A stretch of DNA of 64,000 nucleotides from an uncultured Acidobacteriota bacterium (GCA_963836075.1 CAWIIB010000001.1:928001-992000); one strand, 5' to 3'; counted from the stretch's first letter, positions 32,779 through 41,458 are shown. Made by a program: numbers and translations. Notes: generated from the sequence alone by a model not told the origin.

Positions 32779-34742
32779 TCTTCGGGTTTCTGCTGGATCA
32801 CCACCCGGTGGGGCACCGAGATCCTGATGCCCGCCTCGTCGAACCTGTTCTTGACCCGCCGGAGAAGCTCGCGCCGGACGGGGAACATCTTGTCCGGGCG
32901 GGTCTTGAGCATGAACTTGATCACCACGCCATACTCGGTGAACTTGTCTACGCCCAGCATCACCGGCTCCTCCTCGATCCAGTCACCGAACTCGGGGTCG
33001 GAGCTCAGCTGCTCGGAGACCTCGTGCAGCACCTCCATGGCCCGGTCGACGTTCTCCCGGTAATCGATGGGAACCTCCAGCACGGCCCGGCCCCAGCCGT
33101 AGGTCCGGTTGGTGACCGCCTTGATCTCCCCGTTGGGGATGAAGTGGACCCGCCCCTCCAGGTCGCGCAGCACCGTAATGCGCATGTTTACCGACTCGAC
33201 AGTCCCGGTGATGGCGCCGATGGAGATCAGGTCGCCCAGTTCGTACTGGTCCTCCATGAGGATCAGGAATCCGGTGAAATAGTCGCGCATCAGGTTCTGC
33301 GCCCCGAAGGCGATGGCCACACCGAGGATGGCGGCACCGCCGAGCACCGTCTTGATGTCCAGCCCGGCTTCCTGGAACACGAGGAGGATACCGCCGACCA
33401 GAATCAGAACATTTGCGGCGCTGCGAAAGCTGAAGGCCAGGGTGTCAGCACGGTTGGATCCTCTGGCTCGCTCGCTCCGCGTCCCATGAACCAGCAGTCG
33501 CGCCGTGCGGCGCGCGGTAAAACGCAGTATGAGGAGAAGGCCGCCACAGACCAGAATCACCAGCAGAATGCGCGGACCGCGTATACGCAACCACTGCAGA
33601 AGGTTTCGCGGATGCAGCGGGCTCTGCAGCCAGTAGAGCTGCTGCTTGGCCGTCTCGACCTTCTCACGAGCCTCCTCGACTATTCGCGTTACCAGGAGCT
33701 CCACGCGGGCAATTTCTTCCTGCCGCTCGTTCAGTGATTTCAGATAGTCGCCCCGCCGGTCGACCTCTTCGGCCACCTCACCCATCACACGATCGATACG
33801 CCCCATGCGCCGCTCCAGCTCGACAATCTCCTGCCGTGGTGCGTCAGCAGCGTTCAGCCGCTCCAACTTCGCATGAGACAGGCTCAGAGCCTTCTCCAGG
33901 TTCTCCAGTGCGCCCTGCGCGGTCTGAAGAAGCTTGTCTTCCAGGAACGCCAGGTCTCCCAGAGCTTCTTTTCGCTCGACAAACGTCACCACATCCTGCT
34001 CCGCTTTCGCCAGCTCGATCTTCAGCCGCTCCAGCTCCCGCAGAGCCGTGATCTGCTCCGGGGTCTCCAGCTGCATCTCGATCGGCACCGGCTCTGCGGC
34101 TGCTGGTCCCGTGGGGTAGCCCGGTATGGGCAGCGGGGACACTGCCGTTCCTGCAGGTGTGGACACCGGCACCTGCAGTACGGCCGCCGGTGCCTGCCCG
34201 GGCTCGCCGGACACCTCGCCGCGAAGCACGGCTCTGACATTTTCCTGGAGCCTGAGGTTCTCCTCCATGGACAGCTTCTGCTCTCGAAGAGTGGACTCGG
34301 CGGTAAGTGCAAGCTCGGTATGGGTCTTGAACAGTTCCAGCTCCAATTCGAGCGAAGCGATCTGTTCCGTCAGGGCTGCCAACTGGCCGGCATCTGTGTC
34401 CGGGTCAGGCTGTTCCAGTCTCAGCCGGTATTCGTCCAGACGCTGAGAGATTGCGATCGCCTCGTTTCCCAGAGCGTCCACCGCCCGGTTCCCCTCTTCA
34501 AGCTCCTGCTCTATTTCCGCCAGCTTCAACTGGTCCAACTCCATAACCTGTTTCAGATACATCAGGCGATCGGCCCGGGTCGGTTCAACCGGCTCGTCTG
34601 CAGCCTCGGCCTCGACCGTTTCGGGAGCGGGCTCGGCGGGTGCATCCTGAACCGGCTGGTCCTGGGCCAGCGAAACTGGAACCGAAATGCCCGCAAGCCA
34701 GAGACCCAGGAAGGCGACCAGCACAGCACTGAAGTTCTTCAT
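32775..34742 (-). CDS. MscS-family mechanosensitive channel with long periplasmic coiled coil
   Basis: Signal peptide (MKNFSAVL, GGAG RBS); coiled coil; AFGAQNL.RD..GF.IL.EDQY..GD and IPNG motifs. Confidence 0.88.
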   Translation of the reverse strand: MKNFSAVLVAFLGLWLAGISVPVSLAQDQPVQDAPAEPAPETVEAEAADEPVEPTRADRLMYLKQVMELDQLKLAEIEQELEEGNRAVDALGNEAIAISQRLDEYRLRLEQPDPDTDAGQLAALTEQIASLELELELFKTHTELALTAESTLREQKLSMEENLRLQENVRAVLRGEVSGEPGQAPAAVLQVPVSTPAGTAVSPLPIPGYPTGPAAAEPVPIEMQLETPEQITALRELERLKIELAKAEQDVVTFVERKEALGDLAFLEDKLLQTAQGALENLEKALSLSHAKLERLNAADAPRQEIVELERRMGRIDRVMGEVAEEVDRRGDYLKSLNERQEEIARVELLVTRIVEEAREKVETAKQQLYWLQSPLHPRNLLQWLRIRGPRILLVILVCGGLLLILRFTARRTARLLVHGTRSERARGSNRADTLAFSFRSAANVLILVGGILLVFQEAGLDIKTVLGGAAILGVAIAFGAQNLMRDYFTGFLILMEDQYELGDLISIGAITGTVESVNMRITVLRDLEGRVHFIPNGEIKAVTNRTYGWGRAVLEVPIDYRENVDRAMEVLHEVSEQLSSDPEFGDWIEEEPVMLGVDKFTEYGVVIKFMLKTRPDKMFPVRRELLRRVKNRFDEAGIRISVPHRVVIQQKPED

Positions 34743-35128
34743 GTGTTGATACTCCACTATTATCAGCCAACTCGCGGTTGGTTCATCAGATTTGAAGAGA
34801 ATGCCCGTAATGATTAGAGGTACAGAATAGTGGCTTCCCCGGAATGCGTCAATAATGGCGGGAGGGACAACAGCGATTGAATCCTGGCAGTGCATCGGAG
34901 CATTGCCTATCCAAAGAATGGACATGGCAAGCACCGCTTGACGGAAACAGGGTTCCTCCCTATCTTCTAATGTGCAGGAGTTGCACATCATCCCTCCCCT
35001 CACGCAGTAGTGAAGGTACCGACTGGTGTGAGCCTCTTCCCTCTTCTGCGGAGAGGCCCTGAACTCGTCCTGGCACGCGGCACCATGTCCATCGGAGGCA
35101 CAAACAATGCGACGGCAAATCGCGTCCG

Positions 35129-35551
35129 CTTTCCCAACCGCTCGAGGTCACCGGGCTCCTTTCGGCAACGCTGTATGTCTCCTCACAGTCACCGGATACC
35201 GATTTCATGGTCAAACTTTGTGATGTCTATCCGGACGGCCGGTCAATGCTCATCCAGGAAGGTGCCATCCATGGCCGTCACCGGGTGGACGATCGCAGCG
35301 AAAACCAGCTCGAGCCCGGCGCCGTGTAAGCCATCGACGTGAATCTCTGGAGCACGAGCATCGTCTTCAACAAGGGCCATCAAATCCGGCTCAGCATCAC
35401 GTCGAGCAATGATCCACGCTGGGAAAGCAACCCGAACACCGGTGAACTGTTTCGGCAGCATACCCGCACCCAGGTCGCGGTGAACCGCGTCCATTGCAAG
35501 ACCGATCTGCCGTCACGAATTCTTCTTCCAGTCGTGCCGATTACGCCTTGA
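35129..35551 (+). pseudogene. C-terminal remnant of a CocE/NonD (PepX_C-like) hydrolase
   Basis: PLEVTG...LYVSS...DTDFMVKLCDVYPDGRS...F.KGHQIRLSITSSN.PR...NPNTG...SRILLPVV; in-frame TAA at 35327-35329; no N-terminal catalytic domain. Confidence 0.8.
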
Positions 35552-35681
35552 ACAGCCGTAAGCTCTCGTAAGACCAAGCGCTCGGGGCTTCCGGGTGAGA
35601 GCAACATACGGGGTGCCCCAGCGGGCTTGCCACAAGAAATAAGAAGTTACGGCCAAGTCACCGTAACCCCTGTAAAATGCG

Positions 35682-35707
35682 GGTGGAGCTGAGGAGGGCC
35701 GAAACTC
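35682..35707. repeat. Degenerate direct repeat of the tRNA-Ala 3' end (att-like site)
   Basis: GGTGGAGCTGAGG is identical to 40859-40871, then AGGGCCGAAACTC versus GGGATCGAACCCC; preceded by a GTTACGG/CCGTAAC inverted repeat. Confidence 0.6.
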
Positions 35708-35846
35708 GCTCGAGAATTGCTCGAATATAACCGCGGCGATTGCAGGCTGCCCGGAAACTGATGAATCGTGCCAGTTGGCATGGTATATTGTTCGACAACT
35801 AAATCGACAGCTTACCCATAATTACCTTATTTCATCGAGGTGGCCC

Positions 35847-38800
35847 ATGTCCGGTTATCTTCGCTCGCTCGTTCTCCATCTCGCCCGGCGAATGACCTTC
35901 CTGGTTGTCGTGATCCTGCTGCTCTTGCCGCTGATGGAGACCGGCGCCCGGGCGGGATACATTCTTCAGTCCGCACGGCAGTTCGCCAATGAGTATACGG
36001 ACAACAGCGGGGTCAATGACCTCCAGGTGGGGGACGTGACCGGCGACGGCATCCCGGACGTGGTCACCAGCGGTTCATATTCGGAGGGATGGGCGCCACT
36101 GCTGGTCACCTTGCCGGGCCTGGGTGACGGCACCTTCAGCGATGCCGTAGTCACCGATCCTTCCCCTTCCCTGCCGTTCGGGGAAATCTGGCGGATGATC
36201 ATGACGCAATTGAACGGTGATCCATATCCCGATCTCATATTGAACTACGACGACTACGATATCGGGCGCGGCGTGGCCACGTTGCTCGGCAACAGCGACG
36301 GCAGCTTCTCACTGCACACCACTCTGCCCCTCAGCTACTCCCTCTACGACATGGCGGCAGGCGACTTCACCGGTGACGGCCTGACCGACCTGGCCATCGC
36401 TAAAACTTCGCACAGCTCCCCTGCCGTATGGATCTACCAGGGGAACGGCGACGGATCGCTGACCCATCACTCCACGGTGCCCCTGGACGAGGGTTCGTAC
36501 AGTGTGGTGGCGGGCGATTTCGACAACGACGGTGACCCGGACCTGGTCTGCGGGATCAACTCTGCTTCCCGCGGAATTCGCCTACTGCTCAATGACGGCA
36601 GCGGCAACTTCGCCGTCCATAGTTATGGCACGCCGTATGACGTCTGGTCCCTGGCCGCCGGTGACCTGAACAACGACGGCTATGACGACCTGGTGGCCGG
36701 CCATGGAACCGACGCCGAGGAAATCCGCGTCTTCTTCGGCAGCGCCGGGGGCACGTTCGACACCTGGAGCAGCCACCCCTTTGCCGAGAATTCCGGCTCC
36801 CTCAACCTGGGTGACCTCGACGGCGACGGCGATCTCGACCTGGTGGCCTTTGGCCGGGAGCCGTGGCCATCCGGTTTCGGGCCGGGCAGGGTCTGCGTAC
36901 TGCTCAATGACGGCAGCGGAGCCTTTGGCGAGGTGGACTACTGTTTCCGATCGGGGCTCGGGCTCCGGTTGGCCGACATGGACGGGGACAGCGCACTGGA
37001 CGCGGTCATGAGCGGTCCCGAAGACGAAAACGTCACCATTCTGCCCGGGGGTGGAGACGGCACCTTCCCCGCCATGTCCGATATCGTCATTGCCGGCATG
37101 TATCCCCAGGGTGTGGGGCACGCCGACGTGGATGGCGACGGGGACATCGACCTGGGCCTGGCCGCCCAGTATGAGTTTGACGCGACCCTGATCGTGCGCA
37201 ACAACGGAGACGGCACCTTTGCCGTGGTCGAATCCTATGACGTCGGCAGCGGCCCGTATGATGTGACCTTTGGCGACCTGGATGGTGATTGGCTGCCCGA
37301 GATGATCGTCATTACGTCCGCCTACACCTCGCCATCCGGCCTCTCGGTGATGCACAATGCCGGAAACGGCACTTTCGAAGACCGCCGTGACTACGAAATC
37401 GGGGCCAGTGACGCGGCTCTTGGGGACCTGGACGGCGACGGCGACCTCGACATCGCGGCCTGCCATTCGGGAAACCTCGGCGTCCTGATCAACCCGGGCA
37501 ACGGCATCTTCCCCGACCCGGTCTACTACCCCTCTACATCTTGGCCCAACGACCTCTGCCTGGCCGACATGGACGGGGATAACGACCTCGACGCGGTGGT
37601 GGACGGCGAGGTCGGTTCCACCTATGGGCCGTCGCTGCTGACCAACAATGGCGACGGCAGCTTCGCCGCCCCGCGCCAACTGGCAAGTATCAGCGGCTAC
37701 GCCATGTGCCTGGGCGACTTCGACGGTGACGGCGACCCCGATATAGCGATGACCGACGAATACACCGGCGAGGTGGCGATCCTGCTCAACGACGGCACCG
37801 GCCACTTTGGCGCCCCCACCCGGTACCCCTGCGGCGAATCCACCCTGGAGCTTGCCGCCGGCGACATCGACCGGGACGGTCATCTCGACCTGGTGGCCGC
37901 CAACCAGCAGTCGGGCGACATCGTGCTGCTCCGCGGTCTGGGTGGCGGCATGTTCGGCCCTCCGGAGTCGTATCCCCTCGGGGGCCTCCTTCGGGACATC
38001 AGCCTGGCCGACTTCGACGGGGACGGGTCACTGGATGTTCTGGCCAACTCCGTGGATCAAATTAGCGCCTCGATCTTCTGGAGCGCCGGGTCGGTCACCG
38101 GCCTGCTGGCCACCGGCCCCGGCCGGGGCGAACCGAACCCGACTCTGGTTCGCATTTTCCCCGCCACCGGGTCGGGGCTGCCCACGGCCGAATGGTCGGC
38201 CTACGGCGTTGACCGCTGGGGGGTCAACGTGGCCCTGGGCCAGCTCGACGGCTCGGGCTGGCCGGAGGTGCTCACCGGCGCGGGACCGGGAGCGGTCTTC
38301 GGGCCCCATGTCCGGGGCTTTACCGCCGACGGCACGCCGCTGGCCGGTGTCTCCTTCCTCGCCTACGGAACCAACAAATACGGGGTGAACGCCACCTGTG
38401 GTGACCTGGACAACGACGGTTTTGACGAGATCATCACCGGCGCCGGGCCGGGGGCGGTCTTCGGGCCCCACGTGCGGGGCTGGAACTGGGACGGCGCAGG
38501 CGTGCCCCAGCCGATCCCCGGCATCTCCTATTTCGCTTACGGCACGCCCAAGTGGGGGGTCAACGTCAGCTGCGGCGACATCGACGGTGACGACTATGAC
38601 GAGATCGTCACCGGCGCCGGGCCCGGTGCCGTGTACGGCCCCCACGTCCGGGGCTGGAACTGCGATGGCGGCGGGGCCACGGCCATCTCCGCGGTCTCGT
38701 TCCTGGCCTACGGCACGAACAAGTATGGCGTCAACGTCTGCTGCGGCGACATCGACGGTGACGGTATCGACGAGATGGTCACCGGTGCCGGGCCGGGGGA

Positions 38801-39110
38801 AGTCTTCGGCCCGCACGTCAGGGCATGGAACTGGGACGGCAGCGGAACGGTCCAGGCCATCCCGGGGGTGAGTTTCTTCGCCTACCCCTACCCGAAGTGG
38901 GGCGTCAACGTCTCCTGCGGCGACCTGGATGACGACAGTATCGACGAAATCCTCACCGGACCGGGACCTGGTCCCAACTACCCGGCATGGGTACGCGGAT
39001 TCAACTACGACGGCAATACGCTCAGCGCGCTGGGCGGCGTCGACTTCATCGCTTACGACGAAGGTGAGGGTGGCCGGTACGGGGTCAAGGTGGCCGGAGA
39101 TCGGCGGTAG
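35847..39110 (+). CDS. Secreted FG-GAP/VCBS repeat protein (14 repeats) with C-terminal tail A
   Basis: Signal peptide; 14 (G/A)DxxxDGxxD(L/V)-type repeats followed by six tail-A units; ATG at 35847 after GAGG. Confidence 0.85.
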   Translation: MSGYLRSLVLHLARRMTFLVVVILLLLPLMETGARAGYILQSARQFANEYTDNSGVNDLQVGDVTGDGIPDVVTSGSYSEGWAPLLVTLPGLGDGTFSDAVVTDPSPSLPFGEIWRMIMTQLNGDPYPDLILNYDDYDIGRGVATLLGNSDGSFSLHTTLPLSYSLYDMAAGDFTGDGLTDLAIAKTSHSSPAVWIYQGNGDGSLTHHSTVPLDEGSYSVVAGDFDNDGDPDLVCGINSASRGIRLLLNDGSGNFAVHSYGTPYDVWSLAAGDLNNDGYDDLVAGHGTDAEEIRVFFGSAGGTFDTWSSHPFAENSGSLNLGDLDGDGDLDLVAFGREPWPSGFGPGRVCVLLNDGSGAFGEVDYCFRSGLGLRLADMDGDSALDAVMSGPEDENVTILPGGGDGTFPAMSDIVIAGMYPQGVGHADVDGDGDIDLGLAAQYEFDATLIVRNNGDGTFAVVESYDVGSGPYDVTFGDLDGDWLPEMIVITSAYTSPSGLSVMHNAGNGTFEDRRDYEIGASDAALGDLDGDGDLDIAACHSGNLGVLINPGNGIFPDPVYYPSTSWPNDLCLADMDGDNDLDAVVDGEVGSTYGPSLLTNNGDGSFAAPRQLASISGYAMCLGDFDGDGDPDIAMTDEYTGEVAILLNDGTGHFGAPTRYPCGESTLELAAGDIDRDGHLDLVAANQQSGDIVLLRGLGGGMFGPPESYPLGGLLRDISLADFDGDGSLDVLANSVDQISASIFWSAGSVTGLLATGPGRGEPNPTLVRIFPATGSGLPTAEWSAYGVDRWGVNVALGQLDGSGWPEVLTGAGPGAVFGPHVRGFTADGTPLAGVSFLAYGTNKYGVNATCGDLDNDGFDEIITGAGPGAVFGPHVRGWNWDGAGVPQPIPGISYFAYGTPKWGVNVSCGDIDGDDYDEIVTGAGPGAVYGPHVRGWNCDGGGATAISAVSFLAYGTNKYGVNVCCGDIDGDGIDEMVTGAGPGEVFGPHVRAWNWDGSGTVQAIPGVSFFAYPYPKWGVNVSCGDLDDDSIDEILTGPGPGPNYPAWVRGFNYDGNTLSALGGVDFIAYDEGEGGRYGVKVAGDRR

Positions 39111-39170
39111 TTCCCGCGTAGGGCGATGAAATTTTCAGCACTGTCGAATCAGGGAAAATCAGCTCATTTC

Positions 39171-40637
39171 TCACGGCGCCACTCCGGTCACGGTGCATAA
39201 AGCAGCGACCGTGTCCCCGGCTGGCGGGTACGGGGGTTGGTTGTAAGGTGCCGGCGTGACGTCTTCGGCCACCAGGGTAAAGACGTTGTCGCCCAGCAGG
39301 CGCCCCAGAGCCGGCAGATTCTGATTCCAAGCTGAGATATAGTTCTCCCCAGGTGCCAGGTTCGTATACCCCGTCCTCCAACCGGCAATATATCCACCCC
39401 CACCGAGGGTAAGGTGGATCTTCGCTGCCAGCCTCCGCCGTTGGCCGGTGTAAAGGTTGGTCAGTGAAGCGGTCATCTGGGTCGTGAACGGCACGATGCC
39501 CGAACCGGGCATGCACGTCAGATCCGCCGAGACCGTTCCCATCGCATTAATCAGCACCGAGATATTGTGGCTCCTCCAATTTGCTACGACCAGGTCCAGG
39601 CTACCGTCGTCATCCAGGTCGCCGATGGCGATCGAGCGAGGATCGTCACCAGCCCCGTAATTCACGGCGGTCTGGAATGTGCCGTCACCATTGCCCAGCA
39701 GCACCGAGACGCTGTCGTAAGAATTTGCCGTGGCCAGATCCGGATTGCCGTCGTCATCCAGGTCGCCGATGGCCACCGACATTGAACCGCCAGCGGTCTG
39801 ATAATGCGCGGCAACCTGGAAGGAGCCGTCCCCATTGCCCAACAGCACCGAGACGTTGTCGCTGACAAAATTCACCACGGCCAGGTCCGAATTGCCGTCG
39901 CCATCAAGGTCACCGATGGCGATTGAATAAGGTCTGGTATCGGCTCCGTAATTGGTCGCTGTATTGAAGGTGCCGTCCCCGTTGCCCAGCAGCACCGAAA
40001 CGTTATCGCTAATAGCATTCGCCACGGCCAGGTCCGGGTTGCTGTCACCATTCAAGTCGCCAATGGCAACAGACCGGGGATACTCACCGACCCCGCAATT
40101 CATGTTGGCCGAGAATGAGCCGTCACCGTCGCCCAGCCACACCCAGACGTTGTCGCTGTATGAATTCGCTTCGACCAGGTCCGGATTTTTATCGCCGTTC
40201 AGGTCACCGATGGCGACGGAATAAGGAGCAATACCGGGCCCGTAGAAATTCACGGCGGCCTGAAAGGTTCCGTCCCCGTTGCCCAGAAGAACCGAGAGGT
40301 TGTTGTCGTCGTAGTTCGCCACGGCCAGGTCCGGCTTGCCATCGTTATCAAGGTCGCCGATGGCCACAGAAACAGGAAACCCACCGGTCCCGTAGTTCAC
40401 GGCAGCCTGGAAGGAGCCGTCCCCATTGCCCAGCATCACCGAAACCGTATCACTGTAATTGTTCACCACAACCAGGTCCGGATTGTTGTCACCGTTCAGG
40501 TCGCCGATGGCGACTGAAAGAGGCCAGTTACCGGCCTCGTATTCCAGGCTGGGATAAAACAACTGTGCTTCGGTTGTCGTCGGGAGAAGAAAGCAAAAAA
40601 ACAACACTGCGATGAAAAGACCATGCACAACTCTCAT
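39171..40637 (-). CDS. Secreted FG-GAP/VCBS repeat protein (7 repeats) with C-terminal tail B
   Basis: Signal peptide; seven ~49-aa SVAIGDL.GD..PDL.VAN..SDNVSVLLGNGDG repeats; ADLTC...WRTGYTN...DVTPAPYNQPPYP...CTVTGVAP. Confidence 0.88.
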   Translation of the reverse strand: MRVVHGLFIAVLFFCFLLPTTTEAQLFYPSLEYEAGNWPLSVAIGDLNGDNNPDLVVVNNYSDTVSVMLGNGDGSFQAAVNYGTGGFPVSVAIGDLDNDGKPDLAVANYDDNNLSVLLGNGDGTFQAAVNFYGPGIAPYSVAIGDLNGDKNPDLVEANSYSDNVWVWLGDGDGSFSANMNCGVGEYPRSVAIGDLNGDSNPDLAVANAISDNVSVLLGNGDGTFNTATNYGADTRPYSIAIGDLDGDGNSDLAVVNFVSDNVSVLLGNGDGSFQVAAHYQTAGGSMSVAIGDLDDDGNPDLATANSYDSVSVLLGNGDGTFQTAVNYGAGDDPRSIAIGDLDDDGSLDLVVANWRSHNISVLINAMGTVSADLTCMPGSGIVPFTTQMTASLTNLYTGQRRRLAAKIHLTLGGGGYIAGWRTGYTNLAPGENYISAWNQNLPALGRLLGDNVFTLVAEDVTPAPYNQPPYPPAGDTVAALCTVTGVAP

Positions 40638-40812
40638 TTGTGCTTTCCTCCACGCTTGAAGCGGGCATGAATCATGGCAGTATCGTGTTGGGTAGCAAAT
40701 GGGCGCCCCAACTCACTGAATACAGGATTATACCATGTTCACATGGAGGCAATTCGTTTTCTCCGACACCGCGATCTCTTCGCCTTCTCCACTTGACGTT
40801 CGATGACCAGAC

Positions 40813-40841
40813 AAAGAAAAACCCCTCGGGAATGAGGGGTT
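40813..40841 (-). terminator. Terminator downstream of tRNA-Ala
   Basis: AACCCCTC-loop-GAGGGGTT followed by a T-rich tract on the minus strand. Confidence 0.7.
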
Positions 40842-40857
40842 CACATGAGATCAAAAA

Positions 40858-40933
40858 TGGTGGAGCTGAGGGGGATCGAACCCCTGACCTCGTGACTGCC
40901 AGTCACGCGCGCTCCCAACTGCGCCACAGCCCC
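40858..40933 (-). tRNA. tRNA-Ala(GGC)
   Basis: 76 nt GGGGCTG...CTCCACCA; anticodon arm CGTGA-CTGGCAG-TCACG; T loop GTTCGA; CCA encoded. Confidence 0.97.
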
Positions 40934-40972
40934 ACGTATATCTTTTTCAGGAGTCCCTGAGGGCTCCTTGAT

Positions 40973-41458
40973 CTACTCGTCCTTCTTCTCTTCTTCGGGG
41001 GCCGGCACGTCCGCGGTGGGCGGGGTGACCGGTTCCTTGGGAGCAGGGGTCTCGGCCTTGGCTGCGGCCTCTTCCTGCTCCTCCTCGAAGGCCTGGGCCT
41101 CGAGGTCTTCGATGCGGGCCTCACGGTCCAGGACCTGGCGGTCGAATTCGAGGATCTCCTCGAAGAGCGGCTTCAGATCCTCTTCCTTCAACTGTCCGTC
41201 GTGGAACATCTGCAGGGCCTGCTCGCCCATCTCGGTGATCTTCTTGCCCTTCTGCCGCTTGGTCTTGGCGATTTCCAGCCGGAGATTGGTGATCATCCAG
41301 GCACGGCCGCCCTCGAACTGGACCCGTGAGCCCACGCCCTTGAGGAAGGTCATGAAGCGGTCCATCACCGGGGCTTCATCGGGATCGGTGGGTTTGTCAC
41401 CCACGGGCGGAACCTGTTCCGATTTTTTTTCTTCCTGATTCACTGTCTGATCATCCAT
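40973..41458 (-). CDS. Hypothetical acidic coiled-coil protein
   Basis: GGAGGAG RBS before MDDQTV; typical codon bias; heptad-rich centre and Pro/Glu-rich tail. Confidence 0.7.
   Translation of the reverse strand: MDDQTVNQEEKKSEQVPPVGDKPTDPDEAPVMDRFMTFLKGVGSRVQFEGGRAWMITNLRLEIAKTKRQKGKKITEMGEQALQMFHDGQLKEEDLKPLFEEILEFDRQVLDREARIEDLEAQAFEEEQEEAAAKAETPAPKEPVTPPTADVPAPEEEKKDE

Noticed and set aside
34743-35003. Upstream N-terminal extensions in the ORF track (MscS here; also rodA, ppiD, the nuclease, the epimerase and the antitoxin)
   Set aside because: Downstream starts have RBS or signal-peptide support, or match family N-termini, and the extensions look non-coding.
35327-35329. In-frame stop as a selenocysteine codon, given the nearby selC
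   Set aside because: The codon is TAA, not TGA, and the gene is truncated. I found no convincing UGA-readthrough gene in the window.
39560-40520. ~147-bp tandem repeats as a non-coding repeat or DGR template
   Set aside because: Explained by seven FG-GAP blades. No reverse transcriptase is present and I noticed no adenine-specific variation.
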